A stretch of DNA of 45,634 nt from an uncultured Jatrophihabitantaceae bacterium. GTDB taxonomy: Bacteria; Actinomycetota; Actinomycetes; Mycobacteriales; Jatrophihabitantaceae. Below are positions 33,287-42,223 of the stretch, piece after piece. The position numbers and the translations under genes were made by a program. Each line of letters opens with the position of its first letter. The first letter of the stretch is position 1. The stretch spans positions 1-45,634 of the forward strand of contig CAZZVT010000004.1 of NCBI GenBank assembly GCA_964657545.1, given 5' to 3'. A model generated the notes under the pieces. It saw only the letters and a program-made list of their open reading frames with translations, made no database searches and was not told the DNA's origin.

Positions 33287-34939
33287 ATGGACCTGCGTGG
33301 ATATCTGCGCGCGATCCGACTCAACTGGTGGATTGTCGTGGTGGTCGTCGTTCTCGGCACACTGGGCGGCGTGTTCGTTGTGCACCGGTCGACCCGCGTC
33401 TACGCGGGGCAAGTGACGTTCTTCGTTGCGTCGCCCGGATCGCCAACCTCTGCCTCGGTCTCAGGAGATCTGACGGCGGCGGAGGATCTCGCGGTCTCCT
33501 ACGCACGGCTGCTGTCCAGCGACCGGTTGGCCATGATGGTGGCGAACGCCGAGCCGTCGCTGCACCTGAACGCCGGGCAGGTCTCCGGGAAGATTTCAGG
33601 GACTGCCGAGCTCAACACGGTCCTGTTGAACGCAACGGTTCACGACACGTCGCGCGTACGTTTGAAGGTTCTCACTCGCGCGGTGGCTATCCAGTTCCCG
33701 CTGTTGGTTCATCAGCTCAACAGCGCATCGTCGCGCGTCACCCTCAACGTTACATCAGGACCGACGGTCGGATCTGCCCCGGTGTCGCCACGCTCCCGAT
33801 TGGATGTTGCCCTAGGCCTTCTCGTCGGGCTGGTCCTGGGCCTGGGACTCGCGGTCGGCCGCTTTTTGCTCGATACCTCGGTGCGCTCCACTGAGGTGCT
33901 GTCCGAGATCACCCGACGACCCAGCATCGGATCGGTACCCTACGACGCACAGGCCAAGCGAGCCCCACTGGTCAACGCCGGCCAGGAACATTCGACGCGG
34001 GCGGAGGCCTTTCGTCAGATTCGCACGAACCTCAAGTTCATCGACGCAGCCCGCCCGCTCGGTGCGTTCATCGTCTCCTCCTCGGTGCAGGGTGAGGGCA
34101 AATCCTCGACAGCGTCGAATCTTGCCCTCGTCTTCGCCGAATCGGGGCTGACGGTGATGCTCGTCGAAGCCGACATGCGGCGGCCGCGAACGTCCGACTA
34201 CCTCGGTCTCGAGCGCGCAGTAGGTCTGAGCAACGTGCTCGCCAACCAGGTCGAACTGGCCGATGTCACCCAGCAGTGGGGCGACTCGTCGCTTTCCTTC
34301 CTGCCGAGCGGCAGCCTGCCGCCCAACCCCTCAGAGCTGCTCGGTAGCCAGCGGATGTCGGATCTGCTGGTCCGGCTGCGCCGAGATTACGATCTGGTCA
34401 TCATCGACACGCCACCGCTGCTGCCCGTGACCGATGCTGCGGTGCTGGCCACCCAGGTGGATGGCGTGGTCTTGATCGCGCGGCACGGCAAGACCCGTCG
34501 GGCCCAGCTTCACGCTGCCGCTCAGACTTTGGAATCGGTGAACGCCCGACTCCTCGGAGTCGTGCTGAACATGACCCGTCGCGAACGCAACGCTCGCTAC
34601 GACTACGCCTCCTACGGTGACGAGGTGGAGGCCGTTCGGGAGTTGCCGGTCGGAGTCGCAGTGGCGCCCGCCACGGTGATCGCAGCGGGACACAGCGATG
34701 TGCCGCCGACCGCCTGGACCGGCACAGTCCCCTCGTCGGAGGCACGCCCGACCGTTCGTCCGCCCGAAGAGGTGCTCAGGCGCAAGCGGGAAGACGCCGC
34801 TCGTCGCCAGATGCACGACGCGGGTCCGTCCACCAAGCGTCGCCGTGCCAACAGGGCGCGTCGTGCGGCGGGTTCAGAAGGCGCCGACGACCGCCGTGCC
34901 GGGGCGGGCGGAGAGCATGGCGGCGACATCGCCGGCTAG
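33287..34939 (+). CDS. wzc: Polysaccharide co-polymerase/tyrosine autokinase (Wzz + BY-kinase fusion)
   Basis: Two TM helices, AEAFRQIRTNL, Walker A SSVQGEGKS, EADMRRP, PPNPSELL, IIDTPP, Tyr cluster YDYASY. GGAGG SD. Confidence 0.93.
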   Translation: MDLRGYLRAIRLNWWIVVVVVVLGTLGGVFVVHRSTRVYAGQVTFFVASPGSPTSASVSGDLTAAEDLAVSYARLLSSDRLAMMVANAEPSLHLNAGQVSGKISGTAELNTVLLNATVHDTSRVRLKVLTRAVAIQFPLLVHQLNSASSRVTLNVTSGPTVGSAPVSPRSRLDVALGLLVGLVLGLGLAVGRFLLDTSVRSTEVLSEITRRPSIGSVPYDAQAKRAPLVNAGQEHSTRAEAFRQIRTNLKFIDAARPLGAFIVSSSVQGEGKSSTASNLALVFAESGLTVMLVEADMRRPRTSDYLGLERAVGLSNVLANQVELADVTQQWGDSSLSFLPSGSLPPNPSELLGSQRMSDLLVRLRRDYDLVIIDTPPLLPVTDAAVLATQVDGVVLIARHGKTRRAQLHAAAQTLESVNARLLGVVLNMTRRERNARYDYASYGDEVEAVRELPVGVAVAPATVIAAGHSDVPPTAWTGTVPSSEARPTVRPPEEVLRRKREDAARRQMHDAGPSTKRRRANRARRAAGSEGADDRRAGAGGEHGGDIAG

Positions 34940-37366
34940 CGGCACCGCGATGTTTGTCCCGCTGGCAGAGTAGATGTTGGACGTCATCGCCGAGGACCCG
35001 CTCTGCAGGTTCGTCCAGCCGTGCCCGGTACCACGCGCGAAGGCGGTAGGTGATGTGTAGTAGGTGACCGTGTGGTGATTGGTTCCCCAGCCAACCATTA
35101 CGGTGCCGGCGGAGCTGGTCGGGGCGGCGAAGACATTGCCGGTGACCAGAAGATTCATGCTGTCGGCCGTCTGAGTCGTTCCCTTGTCCATCGCGTAGAA
35201 CTGGAAACCCCCGCCTAGACCCAGGTAGTTGTTCTCGACCGTGACGTTCTCGACGAGATAGGGAGCGCGAGCCGTCGGACCGCTGGAATCGGTGTGGCGG
35301 GCGTCTTGGCTCAGACCGATCTGCCAGACCGTGTTTGCAGTGACGGTGTTGTTGATGACCCGCACATTCCCTGTGTCGAGCGCCGTGTAGCCGTACTTCG
35401 ACCCGCTGATCACGTTGTCGGCGACTACGCCGCCGTTCGACAGCTCGGTCAGGATCCCGTAGCTCGCGCCGTTGTCGGTGACGAGGTTGTCGACGATCAC
35501 GAAATTGGTGACGCTCTGGTCGGTCCAGATGCCGGACGACTGGAAATTGTGCTGCACCACGTTGTTGCTGATGGTTATCCCGTCCAACCGCCCGACCTTG
35601 AGGGCGCTCGTGGCCGGGCCACCGACGAAACCCTCGGTGTCGTTGTAGGAGATCTCGCAGTTGGTGACCATCTCGCCGGCCCCGCTCTGGCCGTACACGT
35701 TCGTGCCGACTTGCATACCGGACATCCCGTTGCGGTCCGCGGTGACGTGGTTGATGACGTCGCCGGCCTGCGACGTGGACAGTCCGGTGGTTGCGTTCTC
35801 GGTGATAACCAGGTTCTCGAAGGTGCCGTGGCCGATGTTGCCGCCCTGATAGACAGTTCCCATCGCCGGGAGCGGGGTGGCGTAGTCGCGGACGCCGAAC
35901 CCGCGAAGGGTGACGTACCCGCCACCGATGACGAACGCCTGGCTGAGGTTGCTGGCCCTCATCGCATGGGTCGTCGGATCGGACCCGACGGTGATGGTGT
36001 GCGCGGAGTAGTCAACGGCGAACTGACCGGCTGCGGGGTTCGAGGCGACCTGACGCAGTTGCACGCCGTCACTGAAGACCTCGTCGGGATGAGCCGCCAT
36101 CGGGTAAGCAGGGTTGACGAAGCCGCCGGCATTCGAGCCCCGGGTGAAGCTCGCCGAGCTGTCGAACTGGTAGCTCCAGCCGCCGTGAACCCATCCTGAA
36201 CCGGTCTGCATCCACCCGGTGAGCGGGATTGATCCGTCGAACCACACCGCCTCATGGGGGTAGGCCTGGACGGTGATGTTGCTCAGCGACATGCCGATCG
36301 TCGCGGACTGGTTGTAGACGCCGCCGCGCAGCACGATCGTGCCGCCGTCGGCCACGTGGCTGATGGCGGCTCTGATCGTTGCAAACGGCCTCGACAGCGA
36401 ACCGTCACCGCTGGCATCGCTACCGGTGGTGCTGACGAACAGGGCACCCGTGGGGACCGGGTAGGCCGTCGACCCGATGGCCGCGGACCCGGCGTGGCCG
36501 CCCGTCGGGTTGCTGCTCGGTACCGGTGCGTTCGACGCGGACTTACCGAACGCCCGTGGCGAGGTAGACGTGTCCGCGACTCGCCCGTGCAAGGTCCAGG
36601 CGTCCAACGACTCCACGCGCGTCGTCAGCGCGCTCGCGCCGCGGTTTGTCTGGGTCAGGAGCCCGACCTGACCCGAGGACGTCAGGGCCGCCGATCTGGC
36701 GTCCGTTCGGGTGATCCAGGACGGCGTGTCATCGCCGCTACGCCACGCACGCAGCATGACTTTCGTCGCTGAGGTTCCCGCAACGGCGAACTGCAGAGTA
36801 ACGCGTTGACCCGGACGCACCCGTCCGAGCGACGGCGTGGTGAGCAGTGTCGTGCTGCGGCCCGATCGGACCCGGGTCACGAAGGCGCGGGCAGTGCCGC
36901 TCGAACTGACGGCCACCCGAGCGAGGTAGTAGGTGGAGCCGGAAGAACGTCGGAGCTCGACTCCGGTGCTGCCGCCAAACTTGCCATGACCGACGGACGG
37001 CAGGCTGACGACCAGGGACGCGACCGCGTCGCGTGCCGAGCGCGGCAGCACTTCTTCCACCGAGTGTCCGGCGCGGACGGAGTGGAATACGGCCGAGCCG
37101 CCGCTGACACTGGTGGCGCCCGCGGTGGAACGAAGGGCGTGAGCGGTGTGATCGACCCGCTGGACGTAACGGCCGCCCGTAGGGGCGTTGCCCAGTCCGA
37201 TACGGACCGTGCGGGCGTAGGTGTCGGAGAGCAGCGCAGTGCGGGTGTAGGCCGCGAGCGGATTCGTGTCGGCCCCGGCCGCGGCCGGCGCGATGGTGGC
37301 GACAGCGGCGACGATCGCCGCGACGCCGGCAACGCCGGCGCAGATGGTGCGCTGAGCTGGGAACAC
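34874..37366 (-). CDS. Secreted right-handed parallel beta-helix protein (DUF1565-type start) with N-terminal beta-sandwich domain
   Basis: Signal peptide ending AAAGA; FVSTTGSDASGDGSLSRPFATIRAAI...GTIVLRGGVY; Asn-ladder repeats (ISNNVVQHN, IVDNLVTDN, VINNTVTAN). GTG 37366 with GAGG upstream. Confidence 0.82.
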   Translation of the reverse strand: MFPAQRTICAGVAGVAAIVAAVATIAPAAAGADTNPLAAYTRTALLSDTYARTVRIGLGNAPTGGRYVQRVDHTAHALRSTAGATSVSGGSAVFHSVRAGHSVEEVLPRSARDAVASLVVSLPSVGHGKFGGSTGVELRRSSGSTYYLARVAVSSSGTARAFVTRVRSGRSTTLLTTPSLGRVRPGQRVTLQFAVAGTSATKVMLRAWRSGDDTPSWITRTDARSAALTSSGQVGLLTQTNRGASALTTRVESLDAWTLHGRVADTSTSPRAFGKSASNAPVPSSNPTGGHAGSAAIGSTAYPVPTGALFVSTTGSDASGDGSLSRPFATIRAAISHVADGGTIVLRGGVYNQSATIGMSLSNITVQAYPHEAVWFDGSIPLTGWMQTGSGWVHGGWSYQFDSSASFTRGSNAGGFVNPAYPMAAHPDEVFSDGVQLRQVASNPAAGQFAVDYSAHTITVGSDPTTHAMRASNLSQAFVIGGGYVTLRGFGVRDYATPLPAMGTVYQGGNIGHGTFENLVITENATTGLSTSQAGDVINHVTADRNGMSGMQVGTNVYGQSGAGEMVTNCEISYNDTEGFVGGPATSALKVGRLDGITISNNVVQHNFQSSGIWTDQSVTNFVIVDNLVTDNGASYGILTELSNGGVVADNVISGSKYGYTALDTGNVRVINNTVTANTVWQIGLSQDARHTDSSGPTARAPYLVENVTVENNYLGLGGGFQFYAMDKGTTQTADSMNLLVTGNVFAAPTSSAGTVMVGWGTNHHTVTYYTSPTAFARGTGHGWTNLQSGSSAMTSNIYSASGTNIAVPLAGDVAAMLSARPGTAVVGAF

Positions 37367-37619
37367 GGTGACCTCGGGGGAGCTTGGCGAGCCGGTCGGC
37401 GTGGCCGATTTCTCGGACACTCCCACCGGTCCCGACTGTTGACCAGGACCTGATCCCCCACGCACTACTCAGTCGTTGTTACCCCTTTCGGCCTGCATCT
37501 AACACAAAACTCACGCGAGCTTGGTCCGCTATGCGACGACGCTAAGAACGAAGGTCCCGCGTGCGACCGCGAAAGGACTGCGGAACCTCGCCGAAGTATC
37601 CGAGCCGCGGCCGCGACCC

Positions 37620-38189
37620 CTAATCGAGGTCATGGGCTGGGTTTGGCCGGGTTATTACCAGCACGCCGGACGCGAGCTCGGTGCAGCACCGGGTGAAGGC
37701 TCGCTGACGCCTGCCGATCGGGTCGGCGATGTCGTCCGCGCCGTGGGGCGCCGCGACGGTGTGCGATCGCATGCGCGCGACGGCGTCGATGAGGTCATCA
37801 GGTGTGTGTGCGTCGGCGTCGGATACATGCGCCCGCAGCCGTACGAACTCCCGGAACAGGAACGCCCGGGGCAGGGCGTTCGGGCGCACCGTGACGACGT
37901 GGCGCCGGTGCATCGAGGCGGCGACAAGGATCAGGTCGGCCGCGTCCACGAGATCCGGCGTGAGCTGTCGGGACCCTCGCCACCCGTCGATGCTGATGCC
38001 GCGGGCGCGCAGGGCCCGCGCGGCTCGCGGGTGGATGGGTTCGCCCGGACGGGCCCGCGTTCCTGCCGATGAAACTCTCCACGGCAGGCCCTGCTCAGCG
38101 ACCGCCTGAGCAAGCAGCAGCTCAGCCGTCGGGGACCGGCACTGGTTCGCGGTGCAGACAATGAGCACCGAGAACGTATCGTCGAGCAC
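37620..38189 (-). CDS. wzb: Low-molecular-weight protein-tyrosine phosphatase (Wzb-like)
   Basis: P-loop VCTANQCRSP, SSAGT, DIADP. Confidence 0.9.
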   Translation of the reverse strand: MLDDTFSVLIVCTANQCRSPTAELLLAQAVAEQGLPWRVSSAGTRARPGEPIHPRAARALRARGISIDGWRGSRQLTPDLVDAADLILVAASMHRRHVVTVRPNALPRAFLFREFVRLRAHVSDADAHTPDDLIDAVARMRSHTVAAPHGADDIADPIGRRQRAFTRCCTELASGVLVITRPNPAHDLD

Positions 38190-38269
38190 CGTTTCCCCCC
38201 GAACAGGTGATGTGGGTCTTCATAATCCCGGAGATCGGGAGGCCAGATGACGAGCGGGCCGGCGTTGGC

Positions 38270-39220
38270 TCACCGGCCCTCGGGAAGCAGGCTCTCCAGC
38301 CGACCCTGCAACCGGGCCTCGACCGCGGTTCGGTGGCGCTGGCGAACCACGGACGCCCAGTGCGCTGCAGCCTCCCGGTGTTCCCGCGGCACGCGCAGCG
38401 GTCCGACGGCTCCCGGCCGCAGGGCTGCGCTGACGGCTCGGAAGTACACCTCGTCTGCACCCGGAGGTAACCAGGCGGCGTCCTCCCAGTCGATGAGCCA
38501 GGTACCGGTGTGTGAGCGCCGCAGGTTCCACGGGATGAGGTCGCCGTGCGCTCCACGCCAATGCTCCGGCGTCCCGGCGGGGCGTGTCACGACCTGCTCG
38601 ACGATGTCGGTCACCTGAGCAGTGAGCGCGTCGGGTAGACGCCGTACAGGACGGTGCGGCCGGGCAGAGATCGTCTGGTAAGCGGCCCAGTGCCAGCCAG
38701 CTGCCGACCCCTGCCCCACGAGCGGAGGGACTGAAAAAGTGTCCGGTCGACCTGTGGCCGCCACGGTACTGACGGCGCTCTCGCGCACCAGGGACAGCTT
38801 GTCGGCTCGCACCCGGATGAGTACCGACCGCGCCCCGGCACACAGCATCACCGTCAGGCTGGCGCGGCTGTGCTGGAGGCGCTCGTAGATGGCAACGCCG
38901 TCGACCGGCATGCCGAACGTCTGGATCCAGTCGTTCCACAGCTCTGTCAGATCTTCGCGAGAGATCGGCGGCGTCCACCGCTCCCGGTCGCCGAAAACCA
39001 ACCTGCCACGCGACAGCTTGGCTGCGAGCCACAACCCGTGCTGCGCCACGAGCGGCAGAGGTTTGCACGCGGAGTACATGCACATACCGATGTCGGTGGC
39101 GCCGGGTCGGGCGGCCGGAACCAACACGTTGCGCCATCGCGGAGGAAAACGGACGTAGTCGTCGTCCAGCCATGACGGCGTGAGGGGAAGCCCGCCTACA
39201 GCTTTCACGGTCACCCCCAT
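38270..39220 (-). CDS. APH/choline-kinase-fold phosphotransferase
   Basis: Catalytic HGDLIPWNL and metal-binding LIDWE motifs. Start is ATG 39220 or GTG 39208. Confidence 0.75.
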   Translation of the reverse strand: MGVTVKAVGGLPLTPSWLDDDYVRFPPRWRNVLVPAARPGATDIGMCMYSACKPLPLVAQHGLWLAAKLSRGRLVFGDRERWTPPISREDLTELWNDWIQTFGMPVDGVAIYERLQHSRASLTVMLCAGARSVLIRVRADKLSLVRESAVSTVAATGRPDTFSVPPLVGQGSAAGWHWAAYQTISARPHRPVRRLPDALTAQVTDIVEQVVTRPAGTPEHWRGAHGDLIPWNLRRSHTGTWLIDWEDAAWLPPGADEVYFRAVSAALRPGAVGPLRVPREHREAAAHWASVVRQRHRTAVEARLQGRLESLLPEGR

Positions 39221-39290
39221 GGCCAGGTCGGAACTCTCGTCGCAACCCCTCGTGAGGGTATTGCCCTGCGTTCCGCCAACGCAGGCGGGG

Positions 39291-39306
39291 ACCCTAGACT
39301 GGGGTG
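39291..39306. promoter_or_regulatory. Overlapping divergent -10 boxes for the kinase and sulfotransferase genes
   Basis: ACCCTAGACT: plus TAGACT (39295-39300), 6 nt, ATG 39307; minus TAGGGT (39296-39291). Confidence 0.55.
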
Positions 39307-40218
39307 ATGGACGACGCCGGGGTGCGCCCACAGATCGGTCGCTCCAGGAACCCGGTCATCGGGGCGGGACGTCACCTGATCCGCAGCTACGGAGCAGCAA
39401 CCTCGGCATGGCGTCCGGATCCTGACTTTCTGGTGATCGGCGCCAAGCGGGGTGGCAGCACGTCGTTCTACTTCGATCTGCTGTCTCACGATCAGGTCTG
39501 TCCCCTATTCCCGCGTGCGGACCGGCTGCCGAAAGACGAAGCGACCAAAGGCGTCCATTACTTCGACGTCAACTTCGACCGCGGACCACGCTGGTACCGC
39601 TCGTACCTGCCGAGCAGCTATGCGCGAGCCAGGCTCGCCTCCAAGGTCGGGGCGCCCGTGGTCACCGGCGAGGCCTCGCCCTATTACCTGTTCCATCCGC
39701 TGGCTGCCCAACGCGCGGCCGCGTTGGTACCCGGTGCAAAGATCATCGCTGTGCTGCGTGATCCGGCCATGCGCAGCTATAGCCACTGGAAGGAACGCCG
39801 CAGGGGCGGGTACGAGGATTTGAGCTTCGTCGACGCGCTGGCGGCAGAGGCCGATCGGGTCAGGGATGCAGAACAGCGGCTGCGCCGCGATCCCGGCTTC
39901 TACAGCTACGCACACGAACACCAGTCGTATGTGCGTCAGAGCCAGTACGCCGACGGACTGGAGCCGTGGCTACTGCGCTTTCCCGGCCGCGTTCTGGTGG
40001 TGTCCAGCGAGGATTACTACCGCGACCGGCAGGCCGTGCTTGATCGTGCCGCCGATTTCCTCGGTCTGCGGAGCACGCCGCTGGATCTGGGCGGGGTCCG
40101 CAACGCCGCTCCGGGCGACGACCTCGACCCGTCGCTCCGTCGCAATCTCGCGGCGCAATTCGCTTCGTTCAACGAGCGGCTCGAACAACTGACCGGCGAG
40201 CGGTTCGCCTGGTCGTGA
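39307..40218 (+). CDS. PAPS-dependent sulfotransferase (heparan-sulfate-sulfotransferase-like)
   Basis: 5'-PSB loop PDFLVIGAKRGGSTS, KGVHYFD, GEASPYY, 3'-PB LRDPAMRSYSHW, SQYADGL. Confidence 0.9.
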   Translation: MDDAGVRPQIGRSRNPVIGAGRHLIRSYGAATSAWRPDPDFLVIGAKRGGSTSFYFDLLSHDQVCPLFPRADRLPKDEATKGVHYFDVNFDRGPRWYRSYLPSSYARARLASKVGAPVVTGEASPYYLFHPLAAQRAAALVPGAKIIAVLRDPAMRSYSHWKERRRGGYEDLSFVDALAAEADRVRDAEQRLRRDPGFYSYAHEHQSYVRQSQYADGLEPWLLRFPGRVLVVSSEDYYRDRQAVLDRAADFLGLRSTPLDLGGVRNAAPGDDLDPSLRRNLAAQFASFNERLEQLTGERFAWS

Positions 40219-40351
40219 GCTGCAGGGCTCGATCTCGAGTGATCGACGGCCGCGACCGACGGGTGGACTCCCCCAGAGCTGAGCCCCTCGGGGGCGACGC
40301 AATCGGGAGCGTTCGCCCGCCCACGTCAACCATCGCTCACGGTGGCCCCGG

Positions 40352-42169
40352 TCATCGGCCGGCCGTGCAACGGCGGTCGATGTCAGTGACCTCGGGCCGC
40401 ACCAGAGGCTGTTTCAGCACCGACAGCGGACCGCTCGGGCTCGGCTCGCGAACGACGACCGTGAGCGTGCGGCTCGTCCCGACCGGCAGCTCGACGTCCA
40501 CGGTCGTGGCCACGAGACCCTTCTCCGGCGCCGTGGACACCCCGACCGGTTTTCCGTCGACGGTCACCGACACGATGCCGGCGCCGGGGCTCGCGTAGTA
40601 GGTGACGAGCACCCGGTTGTCCCCGGGCCTGACGTTCGCCGGATGCTGGTCGTTGCGCAGGGTCACGTAGGTCGGCAACCCGGAACGCGGGGCGTTGTTG
40701 GTCAGGGTGAAGGTCGCGCGGGCGGTCGACCCTGCTGCGCAGCTCGTGGGCCGGTACGTCATCCTGCGGTCGAGGTAGTAGTCCAGCTTGTTACCGCCCG
40801 CGTTGACGACGGTGAAACCGGTGAACGCGGGCGACGGTTCGAGCACCGCCCCGTAGCCGGCCCCGACGATGCGCTTCTCGGTGGCGGTGTCCGCGCTCCA
40901 GATGGCGAAGCGGCGCTGTTCGGTTGCCGTCGCCAACGCGCTGACGAGTCGCAGCGGCGTGCGGCCACCCGCGCCGGTCAAGGTCTTGGCGGCCGCGGCG
41001 GCAATGCTTCGCAGGTAGGCGTTGCTGCGTGCATCGGAGGCGAACTCGGCATAGACCGTGCTCTGGGTCAGCGCGACCACGTTGCTCGCGCCGACCCGGG
41101 TGCCGTCGGCCAGTGTGGCCGGTCCGGTGACCTTGAGCAGGTAGCTCAACGTCGTGGGATCCAGGACGGCTACACCGTCGATGTGCTGTCCGGATTTCTG
41201 CTGCCACATCGCCGACCAGATCCGGGCGGCGTCGCGCAGGTCGGGACTGATGTCGGAGTTCGCGTACTCGTTCGCCGGGTCGTCCTGGCTGTAGCGCGCG
41301 TCGTACTCGGCGCCGAGGTCGAGCCCCGTATGCACCTTGTGGAACTCCGTGTCGCTTCCGAAGTGGGTGAAGCGAAACCGTCCGCGGTCGACGGTCAGGA
41401 TGGCGAAGGCCCCCGGCAGCCCACCGAGGCCGCGAGCCTCGGCCTCGTTCATGAAACCCACGAAGAACGTCTGCGGACGTGTCAGTCCGAGCAGCGGAGT
41501 CAGGGCGCCGGCGGCCCGATTGACGACGACGAGCCGCTGGTTGACGTCCTGCAGGCTGCGTAGCACCCGTGTCCGTGCACGGCTCACGACCGGCAACCAG
41601 CTTGCGTCGGAGCCCGCCACCGCTGCGGCCGCCCGACGAGAGGCGACGGTCGCTGCGTTCAGCGAGGTCGTCACCCGGCCCACCGTCGCCGTGGTGATGT
41701 TGTTCGTGTTGATGCTCTTGGTACCGCCGTCGGGTGTCTGGAGCAACGTCGCGGCAGCGTCGAGCAGCGCCGGTGCCTGCGCACTGACACGCTGAACCTG
41801 GCCGGTGAGCGCCCGGACCGTGCGTAGCGGCGAACCGGCCACCGGCAGATTGGCCACCGTCCACCACGCCGGGCCCGCGGTCAGCCGTCGTGCGGTGCGT
41901 GCCTCGCCGGCGATCTTGTCGGCCAGTGCGCGCGCGTGCGACAGATCACCCGCTGTGATGGCACGTTTGAGCGCCGGCACCTCGTGTTCGGCGGCATTGA
42001 GGCGCGAGCGCGCCAGTAACCCGGTGACGAGGATCCACACGAAGGTCAGCACGACCAGCCCGACGATCACGCCGAACAGGATCAGGTAGATCCGCTGGGC
42101 CCGGGTGCGTACATCAGCGCGTGGCCTCCGGCGTATGCGACCGAGAAATGTCAACGACTGCTGCTCCAC
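40352..42169 (-). CDS. DUF4012 domain-containing membrane-anchored protein
   Basis: N-terminal TM helix, helical stalk (PAWWTVANLPVAG), FMNEAEARGLGGLPG, NSDISPDL, IDGVAVLDPTTLSYLLKVTGP, NAGGNKLDYYL. Start is GTG 42169 or TTG 42154 (GGAG upstream). Confidence 0.85.
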   Translation of the reverse strand: MEQQSLTFLGRIRRRPRADVRTRAQRIYLILFGVIVGLVVLTFVWILVTGLLARSRLNAAEHEVPALKRAITAGDLSHARALADKIAGEARTARRLTAGPAWWTVANLPVAGSPLRTVRALTGQVQRVSAQAPALLDAAATLLQTPDGGTKSINTNNITTATVGRVTTSLNAATVASRRAAAAVAGSDASWLPVVSRARTRVLRSLQDVNQRLVVVNRAAGALTPLLGLTRPQTFFVGFMNEAEARGLGGLPGAFAILTVDRGRFRFTHFGSDTEFHKVHTGLDLGAEYDARYSQDDPANEYANSDISPDLRDAARIWSAMWQQKSGQHIDGVAVLDPTTLSYLLKVTGPATLADGTRVGASNVVALTQSTVYAEFASDARSNAYLRSIAAAAAKTLTGAGGRTPLRLVSALATATEQRRFAIWSADTATEKRIVGAGYGAVLEPSPAFTGFTVVNAGGNKLDYYLDRRMTYRPTSCAAGSTARATFTLTNNAPRSGLPTYVTLRNDQHPANVRPGDNRVLVTYYASPGAGIVSVTVDGKPVGVSTAPEKGLVATTVDVELPVGTSRTLTVVVREPSPSGPLSVLKQPLVRPEVTDIDRRCTAGR

Positions 42170-42176
42170 AACGACA

Positions 42177-42210
42177 GCAGCTCAGGCGGGTGATACCCCG
42201 CCTGAGCTGC
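42177..42210 (-). terminator. Perfect 14-bp GC-rich hairpin between the small anchor gene and DUF4012
   Basis: GCAGCTCAGGCGGG / CCCGCCTGAGCTGC with a 6-nt loop; only a weak U-tail (TGTCGTT) on the minus strand. Confidence 0.7.
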
Positions 42211-42223
42211 AGGCTTCGTCAGG

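Noticed and set aside
38270-39220. Kinase as an aminoglycoside-resistance or RiPP-modifying enzyme
   Set aside because: Only the generic APH-fold motifs are visible; there is no precursor peptide or resistance context, and it sits in an EPS locus.
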